This document shows positions 40,816-50,873 of a DNA stretch of 64,000 bases, one piece after another. A model generated the notes under the pieces. It had not been told where the DNA came from and ran no database searches. It saw only the letters and a program-made list of their open reading frames with translations. Source of the DNA: Pirellulales bacterium. Its GTDB lineage: Bacteria; Planctomycetota; Planctomycetia; Pirellulales; PALSA-1355. Positions within the stretch are counted from its first letter, which is position 1, and each line of letters begins with the position of its first letter. The translations under genes and the position numbers were made by a program. Location of the stretch: NCBI GenBank assembly GCA_963733035.1, contig CAVTBU010000006.1, forward strand, positions 512,001 through 576,000. Reading direction: 5' to 3'.

Positions 40816-42081
40816 TCAGAGGTCTTCGGAGATTCGTAGCAGCCGGTTGTATTTAGCTAGCCGCTCGCCGCGAACGATCGAGCCAATCTTGATTAGTTCG
40901 GCTGCAGTGGCCACGGCCAGATCGGCGATTGTGGTGTCTTCCGTTTCACCGCTACGCGCCGATACGATGTAGCTGTAGCCCGCCTGCCGGGCGACATGGA
41001 TGGCCTCGAGCGTTTCAGAGAGCGTGCCGATCTGATTCAGCTTGATCAAAATGCCATTGGCCGCACCTTTTTGGATTCCCACCTTGAGTCGCTCAATATT
41101 CGTGGCGAACAGGTCGTCGCCAACCAGCCGGGCTCGCTTGCCCAGTTGCTGCGTGAGCCGCTGCCAGCCGGCCCAATCATCCTCGGCGAGCGGATCTTCG
41201 ATGCTTTTGACGGGATACTGCTCGACGAGCCGAGCCATCACGGCGATCATCTCGTCGCTGGTGAGCTTTTCTTCGCCGGTGGCGATCATACGGTAGCAGC
41301 GGCCGTCGTAGAAGTGCGTGCTGGCCACATCCAGGGCAATCGTGACGTCGCGACCGGGGCGTAGGCCGGCGGCTTCAATGGCCCGAATCAAGAACTCGAC
41401 TGCCTCGACATTGCTTTTCAGCCGCGGACCATAGCCTCCTTCATCCCCCACCAAACGTCCCTCGTAGCCGGAGACAGACAACAGTGTGCCGAGACGACGG
41501 TAAACGCGGACGATCCATTCGAGAGACTCAGCCAGGCTCTCCGAACCGACTGGTTTGATCAAAAAGTCCTGGAAGTCAAGATTGTCTCCGGCGTGCAAGC
41601 CGCCGGAAATCATGTTGACCATGGGCACGGGCATCCGCGGTGGCGGGGCAGCCGAGTCGAACTGCTTGAACAAATCGTGCAAGTGGCGGTAGAGCGGCAT
41701 CCGCCGGGCGGCCGCCGCGGCATGGGCAGTTGCCAACGAGACCGCCAGTATCGCATTGCCGCCCAGGCTGCGCTTGTCGCTCGATCCATCGAGGTCGATA
41801 AGCCGCGAGTCAACGCCGCGCTGATCGAGAGTCTCGTAGCCACTCACCGCGGGAGCAATCTTTTCGACGACGTTAACCACCGCTTGGCGCACTCCACGAC
41901 CATCGTAGCGCGACGCGGCGGTGTCACGTAGTTCGAAGGCTTCGGCCGAGCCAGTACTTGCTCCGGAGGGAGCAATGGCTCGGCCCCACGCACCACTCGA
42001 GGTATGAATTTCCGCTTCAACCGTCGGGTTGCCCCGGCTGTCAAGTACTTCGCGTGCCAGGACATTGGTAATCGTCGACAA
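40816..42081 (-). CDS. eno: Enolase-family protein with non-canonical active-site residues
   Basis: DSRGNPTVE, PSGASTG, GDEGG, IKLNQIGTLSE present; QDF and SARSGET differ from canonical. Confidence 0.85.
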   Translation of the reverse strand: MSTITNVLAREVLDSRGNPTVEAEIHTSSGAWGRAIAPSGASTGSAEAFELRDTAASRYDGRGVRQAVVNVVEKIAPAVSGYETLDQRGVDSRLIDLDGSSDKRSLGGNAILAVSLATAHAAAAARRMPLYRHLHDLFKQFDSAAPPPRMPVPMVNMISGGLHAGDNLDFQDFLIKPVGSESLAESLEWIVRVYRRLGTLLSVSGYEGRLVGDEGGYGPRLKSNVEAVEFLIRAIEAAGLRPGRDVTIALDVASTHFYDGRCYRMIATGEEKLTSDEMIAVMARLVEQYPVKSIEDPLAEDDWAGWQRLTQQLGKRARLVGDDLFATNIERLKVGIQKGAANGILIKLNQIGTLSETLEAIHVARQAGYSYIVSARSGETEDTTIADLAVATAAELIKIGSIVRGERLAKYNRLLRISEDL

Positions 42082-42141
42082 CTGAAATCACTCCGCTGGT
42101 CTTAGGGGTGGCGAAGTACAAAGGTCACTTTGTGCGGTGCT

Positions 42142-43209
42142 CTAGGGGTAGTCTTGGCCGAAGCCGACTTGCGCCATCCGCAAAAGCTCATTCAAGTCGC
42201 ACGGCCGTTGTTCAAACACCTCGCGACATAGTCGCCGGATGCGCTGCTGCTTTCCAAGATCAGTTAGATACTCCACCGGGCTCTTGCCGTCCAGGCGTGC
42301 CCAGGCGCAACCGGCTAAGTTTTGCACGCCACGGGTCCACAAGTTGGAAAGCTCATCCGCTGGTATTTTGGCGGCAAGAATTGTGTCGTATTGCGCGCGA
42401 AAAGTTTCTGCAAGTGCAAAGTACCGCGCGTGGTCCGGCGTCTTTTGACAGGCCTTGAGCAACAGGTGGCTGAGAAAAAACCCCAAGTCAAACGCCGGAT
42501 CGCCATAGTGTCCCGTTTCGAAGTCGACGAGGAATAGCCCAGCCGAAGAAATCAGCAGATTCTTCGGACTGAAATCCGCATGAACCAGCGAACGAGGCGA
42601 TTCTTCGAGTGATACAAGCAGGTGTTTGACCCCCTCCTTCGCGTCCGCCCGGTTAGCTGCCAGCGTGCGATAGTACGGATCGATTCGTAACTGTTCAAAA
42701 AGTGTCCGATCTCCGAAACGCAAGGCCATTTCGGTGTCTTGCCAACTGGCGGCGTGCAGACTTCCCAGCAAGGCGCCCGCAGCCGCAGCCACTTGGAGAT
42801 CGACGGTTCCGGCCAGAAGCTCTGCCTTCCAGACAATGTTTGGTCGAGGTGCGGCCGTCATCGCCAGTATGTACTCATCACGATCTTCGAAGAGTATTTG
42901 CGGCGTGCCGAAGGGAAGCGATGCGTCTGTGGTCACGGGCGCACGCGACAAGATTTCACTGCACGTGCGCAACACGTCGGCCTCGCGCCAGACGCGTTCG
43001 ATGTCGGAATACCATCGACTTTGCGTGCGCAGTTGAGCCCGGGCTTGTTTGAGCACGAAATCGCTGCCGAAAGTTTCGGATCTTTCGATCAACAGCACCA
43101 TGTTCGAAACGCCGCCGGTCAGTTCGCGGACAGTAACTTTCTCGCGGGGATCAATTCGTCCGGACCGGCGCAGGTAGTTTTCGGCGGACTCTTGATCGAT
43201 CAGTTGCAT
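42142..43209 (-). CDS. APH/choline-kinase-fold phosphotransferase (methylthioribose-kinase-like)
   Basis: GGVSN, VLKQ, HADFSPKN, VDFE..HYGDPAFD. Confidence 0.82.
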   Translation of the reverse strand: MQLIDQESAENYLRRSGRIDPREKVTVRELTGGVSNMVLLIERSETFGSDFVLKQARAQLRTQSRWYSDIERVWREADVLRTCSEILSRAPVTTDASLPFGTPQILFEDRDEYILAMTAAPRPNIVWKAELLAGTVDLQVAAAAGALLGSLHAASWQDTEMALRFGDRTLFEQLRIDPYYRTLAANRADAKEGVKHLLVSLEESPRSLVHADFSPKNLLISSAGLFLVDFETGHYGDPAFDLGFFLSHLLLKACQKTPDHARYFALAETFRAQYDTILAAKIPADELSNLWTRGVQNLAGCAWARLDGKSPVEYLTDLGKQQRIRRLCREVFEQRPCDLNELLRMAQVGFGQDYP

Positions 43210-43336
43210 TTGGCCAATATCTCCCTTGCCGCCGCGGTCGGTCAAGCGAGGCGCCGGCAGCTGGTCATGCGACTTCATTGACCGACGCCCGATGCTAACC
43301 TAAAACGCTAGTGACGCTGTCCAACGAACAAGTCCA

Positions 43337-44389
43337 ATGGACGGCGCAATATTGGCCCATTCGGAGTGCGTCGTGGATTCGCCGCTGCCGCCCTTTCGGC
43401 CGCATGTGCTGCTCAGGGGCGCTCACGCCCAAACGTTGGCCGGTGTCTACCTGCCGGGCCACCGCTACCCATACCGGGCACGTCAGCACCATGTCACCCT
43501 TTTGGACGGCGACCGACTTGTCCTCCACGACGATTGTCCGGATCAATGGCGGCCCGGGGATCGCGCCGCACTGCTGATTCACGGATTGGCGGGCTGTCAC
43601 GAAAGTGGCTATATGCAGCGCATTGCGCACAAACTTTCGGCGCACGGTGTGCGCGTTTTTCGCATGGATTTGCGCGGATGTGGGGCAGGCCAGCAGCTTG
43701 CCAGACTCCCCTATCACAGCGGCCGATCGGAGGACGCCGCGGCCGCATTGGCGGAAATCGCCCACATCGCGCCGCATACGCCGGTAACACTCGTCGGGTT
43801 TTCACTAGGGGGAAACATTGCGCTCAAGCTCGCAGGGGAATTGGAAGGCCGCCCGTGTGGGTACTTGGATAGCGCGATGGCAGTTTGTCCGCCGGCTGAC
43901 CTGGCGGCCTGTTCGCGGCAAATTCAAAAGCGGCCCAACACGCTCTACGATCAGTATTTCGTCAATCGGCTGCTCGAACAACTGGAAGCCCGGCGACATG
44001 CGTTGCCCCGTGAGCATGTCAGGCCGTTTGCAAGGGCGCCGCGAACCCTGTGGGAATTTGACAACCTATTCACGGCCGTGGTCTGCGGATTTGGTACGGC
44101 GGACAACTACTACGCGACGGCCAGTTCCCTGCCAGTTCTTTCGCGAATTCAACTACCGACTATGGTGCTGGCTTCGCGCGATGACCCAATGATTCCGCCG
44201 AGCGCGCTCGAGTCCGCGAAATTGCCGCCGGCCGTACGATTGCACATGACCGATCATGGCGGCCATTTGGGGTTTGTCGGTCGTGGCGGTGTCGATCCCG
44301 ACCGTCGGTGGATGGATTGGCGTGTGGTCGATTGGGTGCTGGCCGTCGATCGTGTGGTAACATCACAATCCGTGGCGGCACCCGGCTGA
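43337..44389 (+). CDS. YheT-family alpha/beta hydrolase
   Basis: HAQT, HGLAG, GFSLGG, DDP, GGHLGF. Confidence 0.88.
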   Translation: MDGAILAHSECVVDSPLPPFRPHVLLRGAHAQTLAGVYLPGHRYPYRARQHHVTLLDGDRLVLHDDCPDQWRPGDRAALLIHGLAGCHESGYMQRIAHKLSAHGVRVFRMDLRGCGAGQQLARLPYHSGRSEDAAAALAEIAHIAPHTPVTLVGFSLGGNIALKLAGELEGRPCGYLDSAMAVCPPADLAACSRQIQKRPNTLYDQYFVNRLLEQLEARRHALPREHVRPFARAPRTLWEFDNLFTAVVCGFGTADNYYATASSLPVLSRIQLPTMVLASRDDPMIPPSALESAKLPPAVRLHMTDHGGHLGFVGRGGVDPDRRWMDWRVVDWVLAVDRVVTSQSVAAPG

Positions 44390-44432
44390 ACGTGCCGTTG
44401 CCGTTTCCTGGTCATCCCGGAGCCTGGTTTCA

Positions 44433-45158
44433 ATGCATTGGTCGAGCTTTCACTATCTGCCGCCATTTTTCTTGCTATTGGCCGCGCTGTTGGCGGTGGT
44501 GGTATTCGTCCTGCAAATCGGCATTCTGGGGTACGCGTACGAGAAAATTGGAATCCGTCGCCGCACCGCCTACTTAATCCTGTTGCTTTCGCTGCTGGGG
44601 TCGTACGTCAACATTCCCGTGGCCGAATTGCGGGGCCCGCAGACGGTGCAGTACAACGTCTATCACGACCGATGGGGGACGCCGTACATTGCACCCCAGT
44701 TCGAGCAGATTGGCACGGTGCTGGCACTAAATGTTGGAGGGGCCATCGTGCCCACTGTTCTCTCGATTTACCTTCTGTCCAAGAACCAGCTCTATATCCC
44801 GGCGATCGCGGGCATCGCGTTTGTCGCAGCTGTGGTGCACTCGCTCGCGGAGGTCGTGCCGGGCATGGGGGTAACCGTGCCCATCTTTGCACCGCCCATC
44901 GTATCTGCGGTTGTAGCCATGTTGTTGTCTCGACACTACGCAGCGCCATTGGCCTATATCTCCGGGTGCCTCGGTACGCTGATCGGGGCGGACCTGCTAA
45001 ACCTTACTGCGCTGACCGAATCGGGCGCGTCAATTGCCTCGATCGGTGGCGCGGGCACTTTTGACGGCGTGTTTTTGACGGGTATGTTGGCTGTGCTCTT
45101 GGCCGTGAGTCCACGGCCGCAGACCGACCAGGATGATACGCCACCGCCGAACTATTAA
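44433..45158 (+). CDS. DUF1614 membrane protein
   Basis: GSYVNIP, NVGGAIVP, GADLLN, SIGGAGTFDG. Confidence 0.85.
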   Translation: MHWSSFHYLPPFFLLLAALLAVVVFVLQIGILGYAYEKIGIRRRTAYLILLLSLLGSYVNIPVAELRGPQTVQYNVYHDRWGTPYIAPQFEQIGTVLALNVGGAIVPTVLSIYLLSKNQLYIPAIAGIAFVAAVVHSLAEVVPGMGVTVPIFAPPIVSAVVAMLLSRHYAAPLAYISGCLGTLIGADLLNLTALTESGASIASIGGAGTFDGVFLTGMLAVLLAVSPRPQTDQDDTPPPNY

Positions 45159-45184
45159 ATGCATGCCTGCGCGACCTTGTCGCT

Positions 45185-45562
45185 TCAACTCGCCAATAGG
45201 CCGTACAGTAGTCCGGCCAAAACCAGACTCGAGATGACGACGTACGTCAAGTCGCGGCGATAAGCGAAGGCCAGCAGTGCGCCGATCACACGGGCGATCG
45301 GCGTGGCGACCAGCAAGAGCAGGCCGAGTTGGATCCAACCCTGCGGGTCGCGGTGGGCGGCATCCGCGACGATACCTCGAACGCTTTTCAGGTCGTCCGG
45401 CTCGCCGCGGAACAAGCCGTAGTGCGGGAGCTCACCGCCGTGCTGCGTCAGGAATGCGATTCCACCCAGACCGATGACCAGGGCGGCAATGATGGTGCCC
45501 CAGCGCAGCACCGCCCCTAGGGCAACTTCCGTGGTTTCCTCCACGTTTGCATCTGTGTTCAT
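45185..45562 (-). CDS. DUF1634 membrane protein
   Basis: LRWG, GLLLLVATPIARV; typical partner of TauE/SafE genes. Confidence 0.82.
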   Translation of the reverse strand: MNTDANVEETTEVALGAVLRWGTIIAALVIGLGGIAFLTQHGGELPHYGLFRGEPDDLKSVRGIVADAAHRDPQGWIQLGLLLLVATPIARVIGALLAFAYRRDLTYVVISSLVLAGLLYGLLAS

Positions 45563-45563
45563 G

Positions 45564-46416
45564 CTAGAAGTTGCCCCGCAGGCCGTTGATGATCATCTGT
45601 GCCGCAAGTGCCGAGACCAACACTGCAAATACCGCGCAGCACGCCGACCCGTCCGCGTGCAAGTAGCTTAGCGCCAATCGTGGCGCCACACAGCACCCCC
45701 AGGACGATTGGCATCGAAAGGCCCGGGTCGAGATAGCCGCGGTGCAAGTAAACACTGGCACTCGCAGCGGCGGTGACTCCAATCATGAAATTGCTGGTCG
45801 TCGTGGAAACCTTGAACGGAACCCGCATGGCCCGGTCCATCGCCAGCACTTTGACGGCACCGGATCCGATGCCAAGTAGTCCCGATAGTACGCCAGCCAC
45901 GTACATCAGGCCAAAGCCCAGGGGAACTGCGTGCACGCCGTACGCTTGCAAACCGGTCGGAGTGGGGTAAGTGGAGTTGAGCCTGAGCCGCGTCGAAAGG
46001 CGAGTGACCTGTGCGTCGGGCTTGACCGGTGGCACGCCTTTGAGCGATAAGTATGCCGAGAAAAGTAGCACGATGCCGAAGATGACGGCGATCAGATCCG
46101 CGCTAGCACCAATGGCCAGGGCCGCGCCCGTGAGCGCGCCGGCCGTGGTAGCGATTTCCAGCAATAGTCCGAGGCGGATGTTGGTATAGCCCTCACGCAC
46201 GTACGCAGCCGCTGCTCCGGAGGAAGTTGCGATGACCGCCAGCAGCGAAGTGCCGATTGCGTAGCGAATATCAACGCCGAACAGGAGCGTCAGCATGGGC
46301 ACGATAACCACGCCGCCGCCCAGTCCTGTAAGTGAGCCGAGAAGTCCGGCGAGGAACGCACCGGCGCCGACCAACAAGGAGAATTGCCAAATCGTCAGCC
46401 CAACGTCATCCAGCAT
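45564..46416 (-). CDS. TauE/SafE (TSUP) transporter, frameshift near 45634 in the last TM
   Basis: GLGGG, GIGSG, STTTSNFMIGVTA; last helix AVFAVLVSALAAQMI lies in another frame. Confidence 0.88.
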
Positions 46417-46443
46417 CGGTTTCCGACCCTTGCTGCGCAACAA

Positions 46444-46477
46444 AAGAGAAGGTCGCGCGCAAGCGCGACCTTCTCTT
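46444..46477 (-). terminator. Intrinsic terminator hairpin after the RRM gene
   Basis: AAGAGAAGGTCGCGC-gcaa-GCGCGACCTTCTCTT, 15-bp perfect stem. Confidence 0.75.
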
Positions 46478-46540
46478 TGTATCCTGACTTGGCTAACGCA
46501 CCAAGACGATCCCTAGCGCATCTCACCGAGCCTGAGACGA

Positions 46541-46873
46541 CTAATAGCGGCCGCGGCCACCGCCGCCGCCACCATAACCGCCACGACCACCGCGGCCACC
46601 ACCGCCGCCGCCGCCGCCACGGTCTTCGCGGGGACGAGCTTCGTTGACGGCCAACGGGCGACCGTTATGTTCTTGTTCGTTGAGACCGTTGATTGCGGCC
46701 TGGGCTTCGGCGTCACTGCCCATCTCAACAAAACCAAAACCCTTGCTACGGCCGGTCTCACGATCCTGAATCACCTGGGCACTGGTGACGGTGCCGAACT
46801 CGGAGAACATCTGCTCGAGTTCCGAGCTGTTCACGCCATAGCTCAGGTTTCCCACGTACAACTTCTTACCCAC
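46541..46873 (-). CDS. RRM RNA-binding protein with Gly/Arg-rich tail
   Basis: RNP2 LYVGNL, RNP1 KGFGFVEM, GGGR tail; AGGAG before GTG. Confidence 0.95.
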   Translation of the reverse strand: MGKKLYVGNLSYGVNSSELEQMFSEFGTVTSAQVIQDRETGRSKGFGFVEMGSDAEAQAAINGLNEQEHNGRPLAVNEARPREDRGGGGGGGGRGGRGGYGGGGGGRGRY

Positions 46874-47035
46874 TGCAAAACTCCTGTACGATGCGCACAA
46901 CACGACCCAACTTGACTTTCCGGGTCGCAGAAGAAAGGGGCCAAACTGGCGGCCCAACCGGTGGCAGGGCGATAGAGGCTACCGAGAGCAGCATGAACTA
47001 GCGTCGTGGACTCGCTCGACGAACCAACCGCGCAA

Positions 47036-47044
47036 AGTATATCA
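47036..47044 (-). promoter_or_regulatory. Extended -10 (TGaTATACT) for the RRM gene
   Basis: About 160 nt upstream of the start codon. Confidence 0.5.
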
Positions 47045-47183
47045 TGTTTTGCGATTGCGTATATAGCGGCCACGCGTTATGGGCGGTGCCGCATCGCACC
47101 ACCGCCGAATGTTTGTGAAATAAATCACAGCCCGGTCTGGCCCAACTTCGAATCGGGCGAGCCTATTTGGAAGCGAGACTCGA

Positions 47184-47678
47184 ATGGCGACAACAGCCAA
47201 GCCCTTGGTCGGCGTCATAATGGGCAGTAAATCCGACTGGGACACCTTGCGGCACGCGGACGAACTGCTGACCAGCTTTGGGGTTGAGCACGAGTGTCGC
47301 GTGGTTTCCGCCCACCGCACGCCCGATTGGATGCGAGAATACGCCACTACGGCCACGCAGCGCGGATTGAAAGTGATCGTCGCCGGGGCAGGCGGGGCAG
47401 CGCACTTGCCCGGCATGGTGGCGGCTCACACGACGCTTCCGGTACTGGGGGTGCCGGTGGAAAGCCGTGCCCTCAAGGGGTTGGACTCGATGCTTTCGAT
47501 CGTTCAAATGCCCGGCGGCGTGCCGGTTGCAACGCTGGCGATCGGCAAGGCAGGGGCCATCAATGCGGCTTTGCTGGCCATCAGTATCCTGGCCTTGAAC
47601 TCGCCAGAACTGGCGACCAAGCTGGCCAAGTTTCGCCAAGAACAAACCGACGAAGTGCTGAGGGTGGAATTGCCGTGA
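47184..47678 (+). CDS. purE: N5-CAIR mutase
   Basis: MGSKSD, SAHRTP, AAHLPGM, SIVQMP. Confidence 0.97.
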   Translation: MATTAKPLVGVIMGSKSDWDTLRHADELLTSFGVEHECRVVSAHRTPDWMREYATTATQRGLKVIVAGAGGAAHLPGMVAAHTTLPVLGVPVESRALKGLDSMLSIVQMPGGVPVATLAIGKAGAINAALLAISILALNSPELATKLAKFRQEQTDEVLRVELP

Positions 47679-48826
47679 TGCACACAGTTTTGCCGGGCGC
47701 GACAATCGGCGTGTTGGGTAGCGGCCAGTTAGGACGCATGTTTGCCATCGCGGCACGACGGATGGGTTATCGTGTGCACACGTTTTCACCTGACGATGAC
47801 ACCCCGACCGGTCAGGTGGCCGACTGGGAGACAACCGCTCCCTACGAGGATCTCGATGCCGTCCGCCGGTTTGCCGAACACGTGGATGTAGTGACCTTCG
47901 AGTTTGAAAATATTCCTTCCAGTACGGTGGAGCGGGCGTCCCAGTACGTGCCCGTGCGTCCCGGAGGCGCCGTGCTTCACACCACGCAGCACCGGCTACG
48001 TGAAAAGACGTTCCTTTGCGGTGGGGGGTTTCCCGTGGTTCCGTTTCGTGCCGTGCGGTCGCTTAGCGACCTGACCTCGGCGCTAATGGAACTTGGCAGC
48101 CCCGCGGTATTAAAGACTGCCGGCTGGGGATATGACGGCAAGGGGCAAGCAAAGATTACCGCCCCTGACGAGGCACCCCAGGCGTGGGCCGCGGTCGACA
48201 CGCGCGAAGCCGTGCTGGAAGCATTCGTGGACTTCGAATGCGAGGTATCGGTCGTTGCGGCTCGCTCGATTGATGGAGAGCTGGCCGACTATGGTGTGAT
48301 CGGCAACAGCCATCGCGATCATATTCTTGACGTTTCGGTGGCGCCGGCGGACCTGCCGCGCGACGTGGCGCAAGAAGCCGTGCGAATTGCCCGAGCCGTG
48401 CTCGAGGCACTCGATGTCGTCGGAGTGCTGTGCGTAGAGTTCTTTGTCACCCACGAGCGAAACTTGCTAATCAACGAGTTGGCGCCGCGACCGCATAACT
48501 CGGGGCATTTGACGTTCGATGCGTCGGTGACCAGCCAATTTGAGCAGCAACTTCGCGCCATCTGCGGACTACCGCTGGGCTCGACCGAACTATTGCGGCC
48601 CGCGGCGATGGCAAACTTGTTGGGCGATCTATGGACCGATGGTGAACCCGACTGGTCCGCAGCCTGCGGAATGCCGGAAGTCAAGCTGCATTTGTACGGC
48701 AAGGAGCAGGCTCGTCTCGGCCGCAAGATGGGACACTTAACCGCGCTGGCGGCCGACCCACATGCGGCCGCCGAGGTGGTGCTTGCGGCTCGCCGCTCGC
48801 TGACAGTCGGGCGATTCAAAGGTTAG
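47678..48826 (+). CDS. purK: N5-CAIR synthase
   Basis: GSGQLGRM, TFEFEN, GYDGKGQ, NELAPRPHNSGH, RKMGH; TGATG coupling to purE. Confidence 0.96.
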   Translation: MHTVLPGATIGVLGSGQLGRMFAIAARRMGYRVHTFSPDDDTPTGQVADWETTAPYEDLDAVRRFAEHVDVVTFEFENIPSSTVERASQYVPVRPGGAVLHTTQHRLREKTFLCGGGFPVVPFRAVRSLSDLTSALMELGSPAVLKTAGWGYDGKGQAKITAPDEAPQAWAAVDTREAVLEAFVDFECEVSVVAARSIDGELADYGVIGNSHRDHILDVSVAPADLPRDVAQEAVRIARAVLEALDVVGVLCVEFFVTHERNLLINELAPRPHNSGHLTFDASVTSQFEQQLRAICGLPLGSTELLRPAAMANLLGDLWTDGEPDWSAACGMPEVKLHLYGKEQARLGRKMGHLTALAADPHAAAEVVLAARRSLTVGRFKG

Positions 48827-48852
48827 AGCGACTTCTGTAAGAAAGGCCTGCG

Positions 48853-49299
48853 ATGATTCTCGATGACCTGACAAACGCCAATCGGTATGCTGAATTCCAC
48901 GACGGATTTCGGGCCGGATTCGAGTTTCTCAAGCGGCCCGATCTCCTTACGCTGGAGGGCGGCCGGCACGAAATCGACGGGGATCGGGTGTTTGCCCTCA
49001 TCAATCGCGATTCGGGGAGAGGGCGCGCGGGAGCGCGGCTCGAGGCTCATCGCAAGTACATCGACATCCAGTTTCTCGTCGATGGCGACGAGGAAATCGG
49101 CTGGCGGCCAATCGGCGAGTGCCGGTCGTTGAGCGAACCGTATACCGACTCCAGAGACGTCATGTTTTACGCCGACCCGCCAGCCTCCTGGGTTGTACTT
49201 CCAGTGGGGAAGTTCATGATCTTCTACCCCGAGGATGCCCACGCTCCGCTGGCCGCACATGGTGACAACGTGAAGGCGGTCATCAAAGTAGCGGTCTGA
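48853..49299 (+). CDS. YhcH/YjgK/YiaL (DUF386) family protein
   Basis: EAHRKYIDIQ, FYPEDAH. Confidence 0.9.
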   Translation: MILDDLTNANRYAEFHDGFRAGFEFLKRPDLLTLEGGRHEIDGDRVFALINRDSGRGRAGARLEAHRKYIDIQFLVDGDEEIGWRPIGECRSLSEPYTDSRDVMFYADPPASWVVLPVGKFMIFYPEDAHAPLAAHGDNVKAVIKVAV

Positions 49300-49387
49300 G
49301 GGGGTTGTTTCTGGCCGATTTCCCCGCCTGCGTATAATAGGGCTGAAGCGAAATCGACCGGCTTGCCGCCAGCCCAGTGAGCATGCA

Positions 49388-49978
49388 TTGAACGAGCAGC
49401 CGTCACTCCCGCCAGACGAACACGACGCGACGCTCAAGACGCCGCAATTTTCGCTGCGTACCTTGTTGGTTGTCACCACCGTTGCGGCGGGATTACTGGC
49501 GCTAATGATGTCCGTAGGCGCCGTGTGGGCGATGGCGATCCTGTTCTTCTTGGCGCTAGTCGGTGCCCACGTGATTGGGAACTCGTTGGGAACGCGACTG
49601 CGCGATGGAGCGGTGGCGCGTTCGGACGTACGATCCGTAGTAGCCGGACCGGTGCGCGCGTCGAAGCAAACAACAGTTCCGGATCCAACGCGGCTGCAAG
49701 AACGCAACCGGCTGCACTGGATCAATGGGGTGTTCACAATCGCCGGTGCGATTGCAGGCGGCTATTATGGCGGGACTGCGCTCGCCGAAACCTATCCGGA
49801 AGCGACAATGGCGGCTTGCGTGTTGGCCTATATTTCGAGTGGCGTGCTTGGCGGGTTCGCGGTTTTCGCCGGCAGCAGTTTTTTGTCGGTCGTGCGGCAG
49901 GCATTGAGCGAGGCCCATGCTGGCAGCGATCGTCGAGGTCCTCAGATGCCACGCACCAATTCAATCGAGCGGAACTAG
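49388..49978 (+). CDS. Hypothetical membrane protein
   Basis: QFSLRTLL motif and about 4 TM segments; TATAAT at 49333. Confidence 0.7.
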   Translation: MNEQPSLPPDEHDATLKTPQFSLRTLLVVTTVAAGLLALMMSVGAVWAMAILFFLALVGAHVIGNSLGTRLRDGAVARSDVRSVVAGPVRASKQTTVPDPTRLQERNRLHWINGVFTIAGAIAGGYYGGTALAETYPEATMAACVLAYISSGVLGGFAVFAGSSFLSVVRQALSEAHAGSDRRGPQMPRTNSIERN

Positions 49979-50533
49979 CGTCTTTGAAAAGACAATCTCC
50001 ACGGCTGCGTCTTGATTGTAGGGCAAGTTCGGAAGACGCGTGAGCCGATCGGCAAAGCCAATCAACGCCGCGGTTTCCAGCCCCAAGAATCGCTCTTCAC
50101 GGACCTCCTTACGCACGCGGCGGAAAAGGGCACCGGCGCGGGCACCGAGTCGAGCGACTCCCGTCGGGCGACCTTCGCGGACTTTGACGCCGGCGGCGGC
50201 CAGCTTGATCAGGCCCTTGAGAAAGTCGGCCACGTCACCGCGGCGACCACAGGCTTGCCAAACCGCCTCCCAGGCTTCATGCGCTTCCCAGTAGTAGCCA
50301 TGATTGAATAGCTCGCAACCGAGCAAGTACTGGCGCGAGTGGCGCCAATTTTGCGAGTCGATCGCGTTCGCGCGCAGCTCATGGCCATGGCTGTGGCCCC
50401 CCGGATCTCTTGTGGGATGGGGATATCGTCCCGTGACGTACGAATACGTTGGCAGCTCTGCGTCGGGAACAAGTCGCGGTGGTTGCCGACACTTCTTGCC
50501 CAATGACTGGGGTTCGCACATCCGGTCGTTCAT
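49961..50533 (-). CDS. DUF309 protein
   Basis: LFNHGYYWEAHEAWEAVW, KGLIKLAAA. Confidence 0.85.
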   Translation of the reverse strand: MNDRMCEPQSLGKKCRQPPRLVPDAELPTYSYVTGRYPHPTRDPGGHSHGHELRANAIDSQNWRHSRQYLLGCELFNHGYYWEAHEAWEAVWQACGRRGDVADFLKGLIKLAAAGVKVREGRPTGVARLGARAGALFRRVRKEVREERFLGLETAALIGFADRLTRLPNLPYNQDAAVEIVFSKTLVPLD

Positions 50534-50543
50534 GTAGTTCGGT

Positions 50544-50873
50544 TCAACGGTCGCCATCATCTTGCTCCACAATTACCGCCGTACCATAGGCCAAAACCTC
50601 AGTTGCACCTTGCATGATTTCTGTGGCGTCGTAGCGTACGCTGATGATCGCGTTGGCATCCATTGCCGCGGCATGTTGGATCATCAAGTCAAAAGCTTCG
50701 GCCCGCGCGTGCTCACAGAGGTTGGTGAGAATTGAAATATTGCCGCCGAAGAGTGACTGCAAGCTCGCGCCGAGGTTGCCCACGACACTTCGCGAGCGCA
50801 CCGTGACACCTCGGACCACGCCCAAGTTCCGCGTAATGCGATATCCGGGCAACTCCCAGGAGGTGGTTACCAT
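50544..50873 (-). CDS. YbjQ (UPF0145) family protein; start uncertain
   Basis: LGVVRG.TVRSR, ANAIISVRYD, LAYGTAV. Confidence 0.88.
   Translation of the reverse strand: MVTTSWELPGYRITRNLGVVRGVTVRSRSVVGNLGASLQSLFGGNISILTNLCEHARAEAFDLMIQHAAAMDANAIISVRYDATEIMQGATEVLAYGTAVIVEQDDGDR

Noticed and set aside
46550..46620. CCG/CCA trinucleotide-rich repeat
   Set aside because: It simply encodes the Gly-rich tail of the RRM protein.
47294..47677. N-terminal extension of the 510-aa PurK ORF, and similar extensions of ORFs 9276-10088 and 29478-30410
   Set aside because: These are open frames overlapping real genes or upstream regions; better starts lie downstream.
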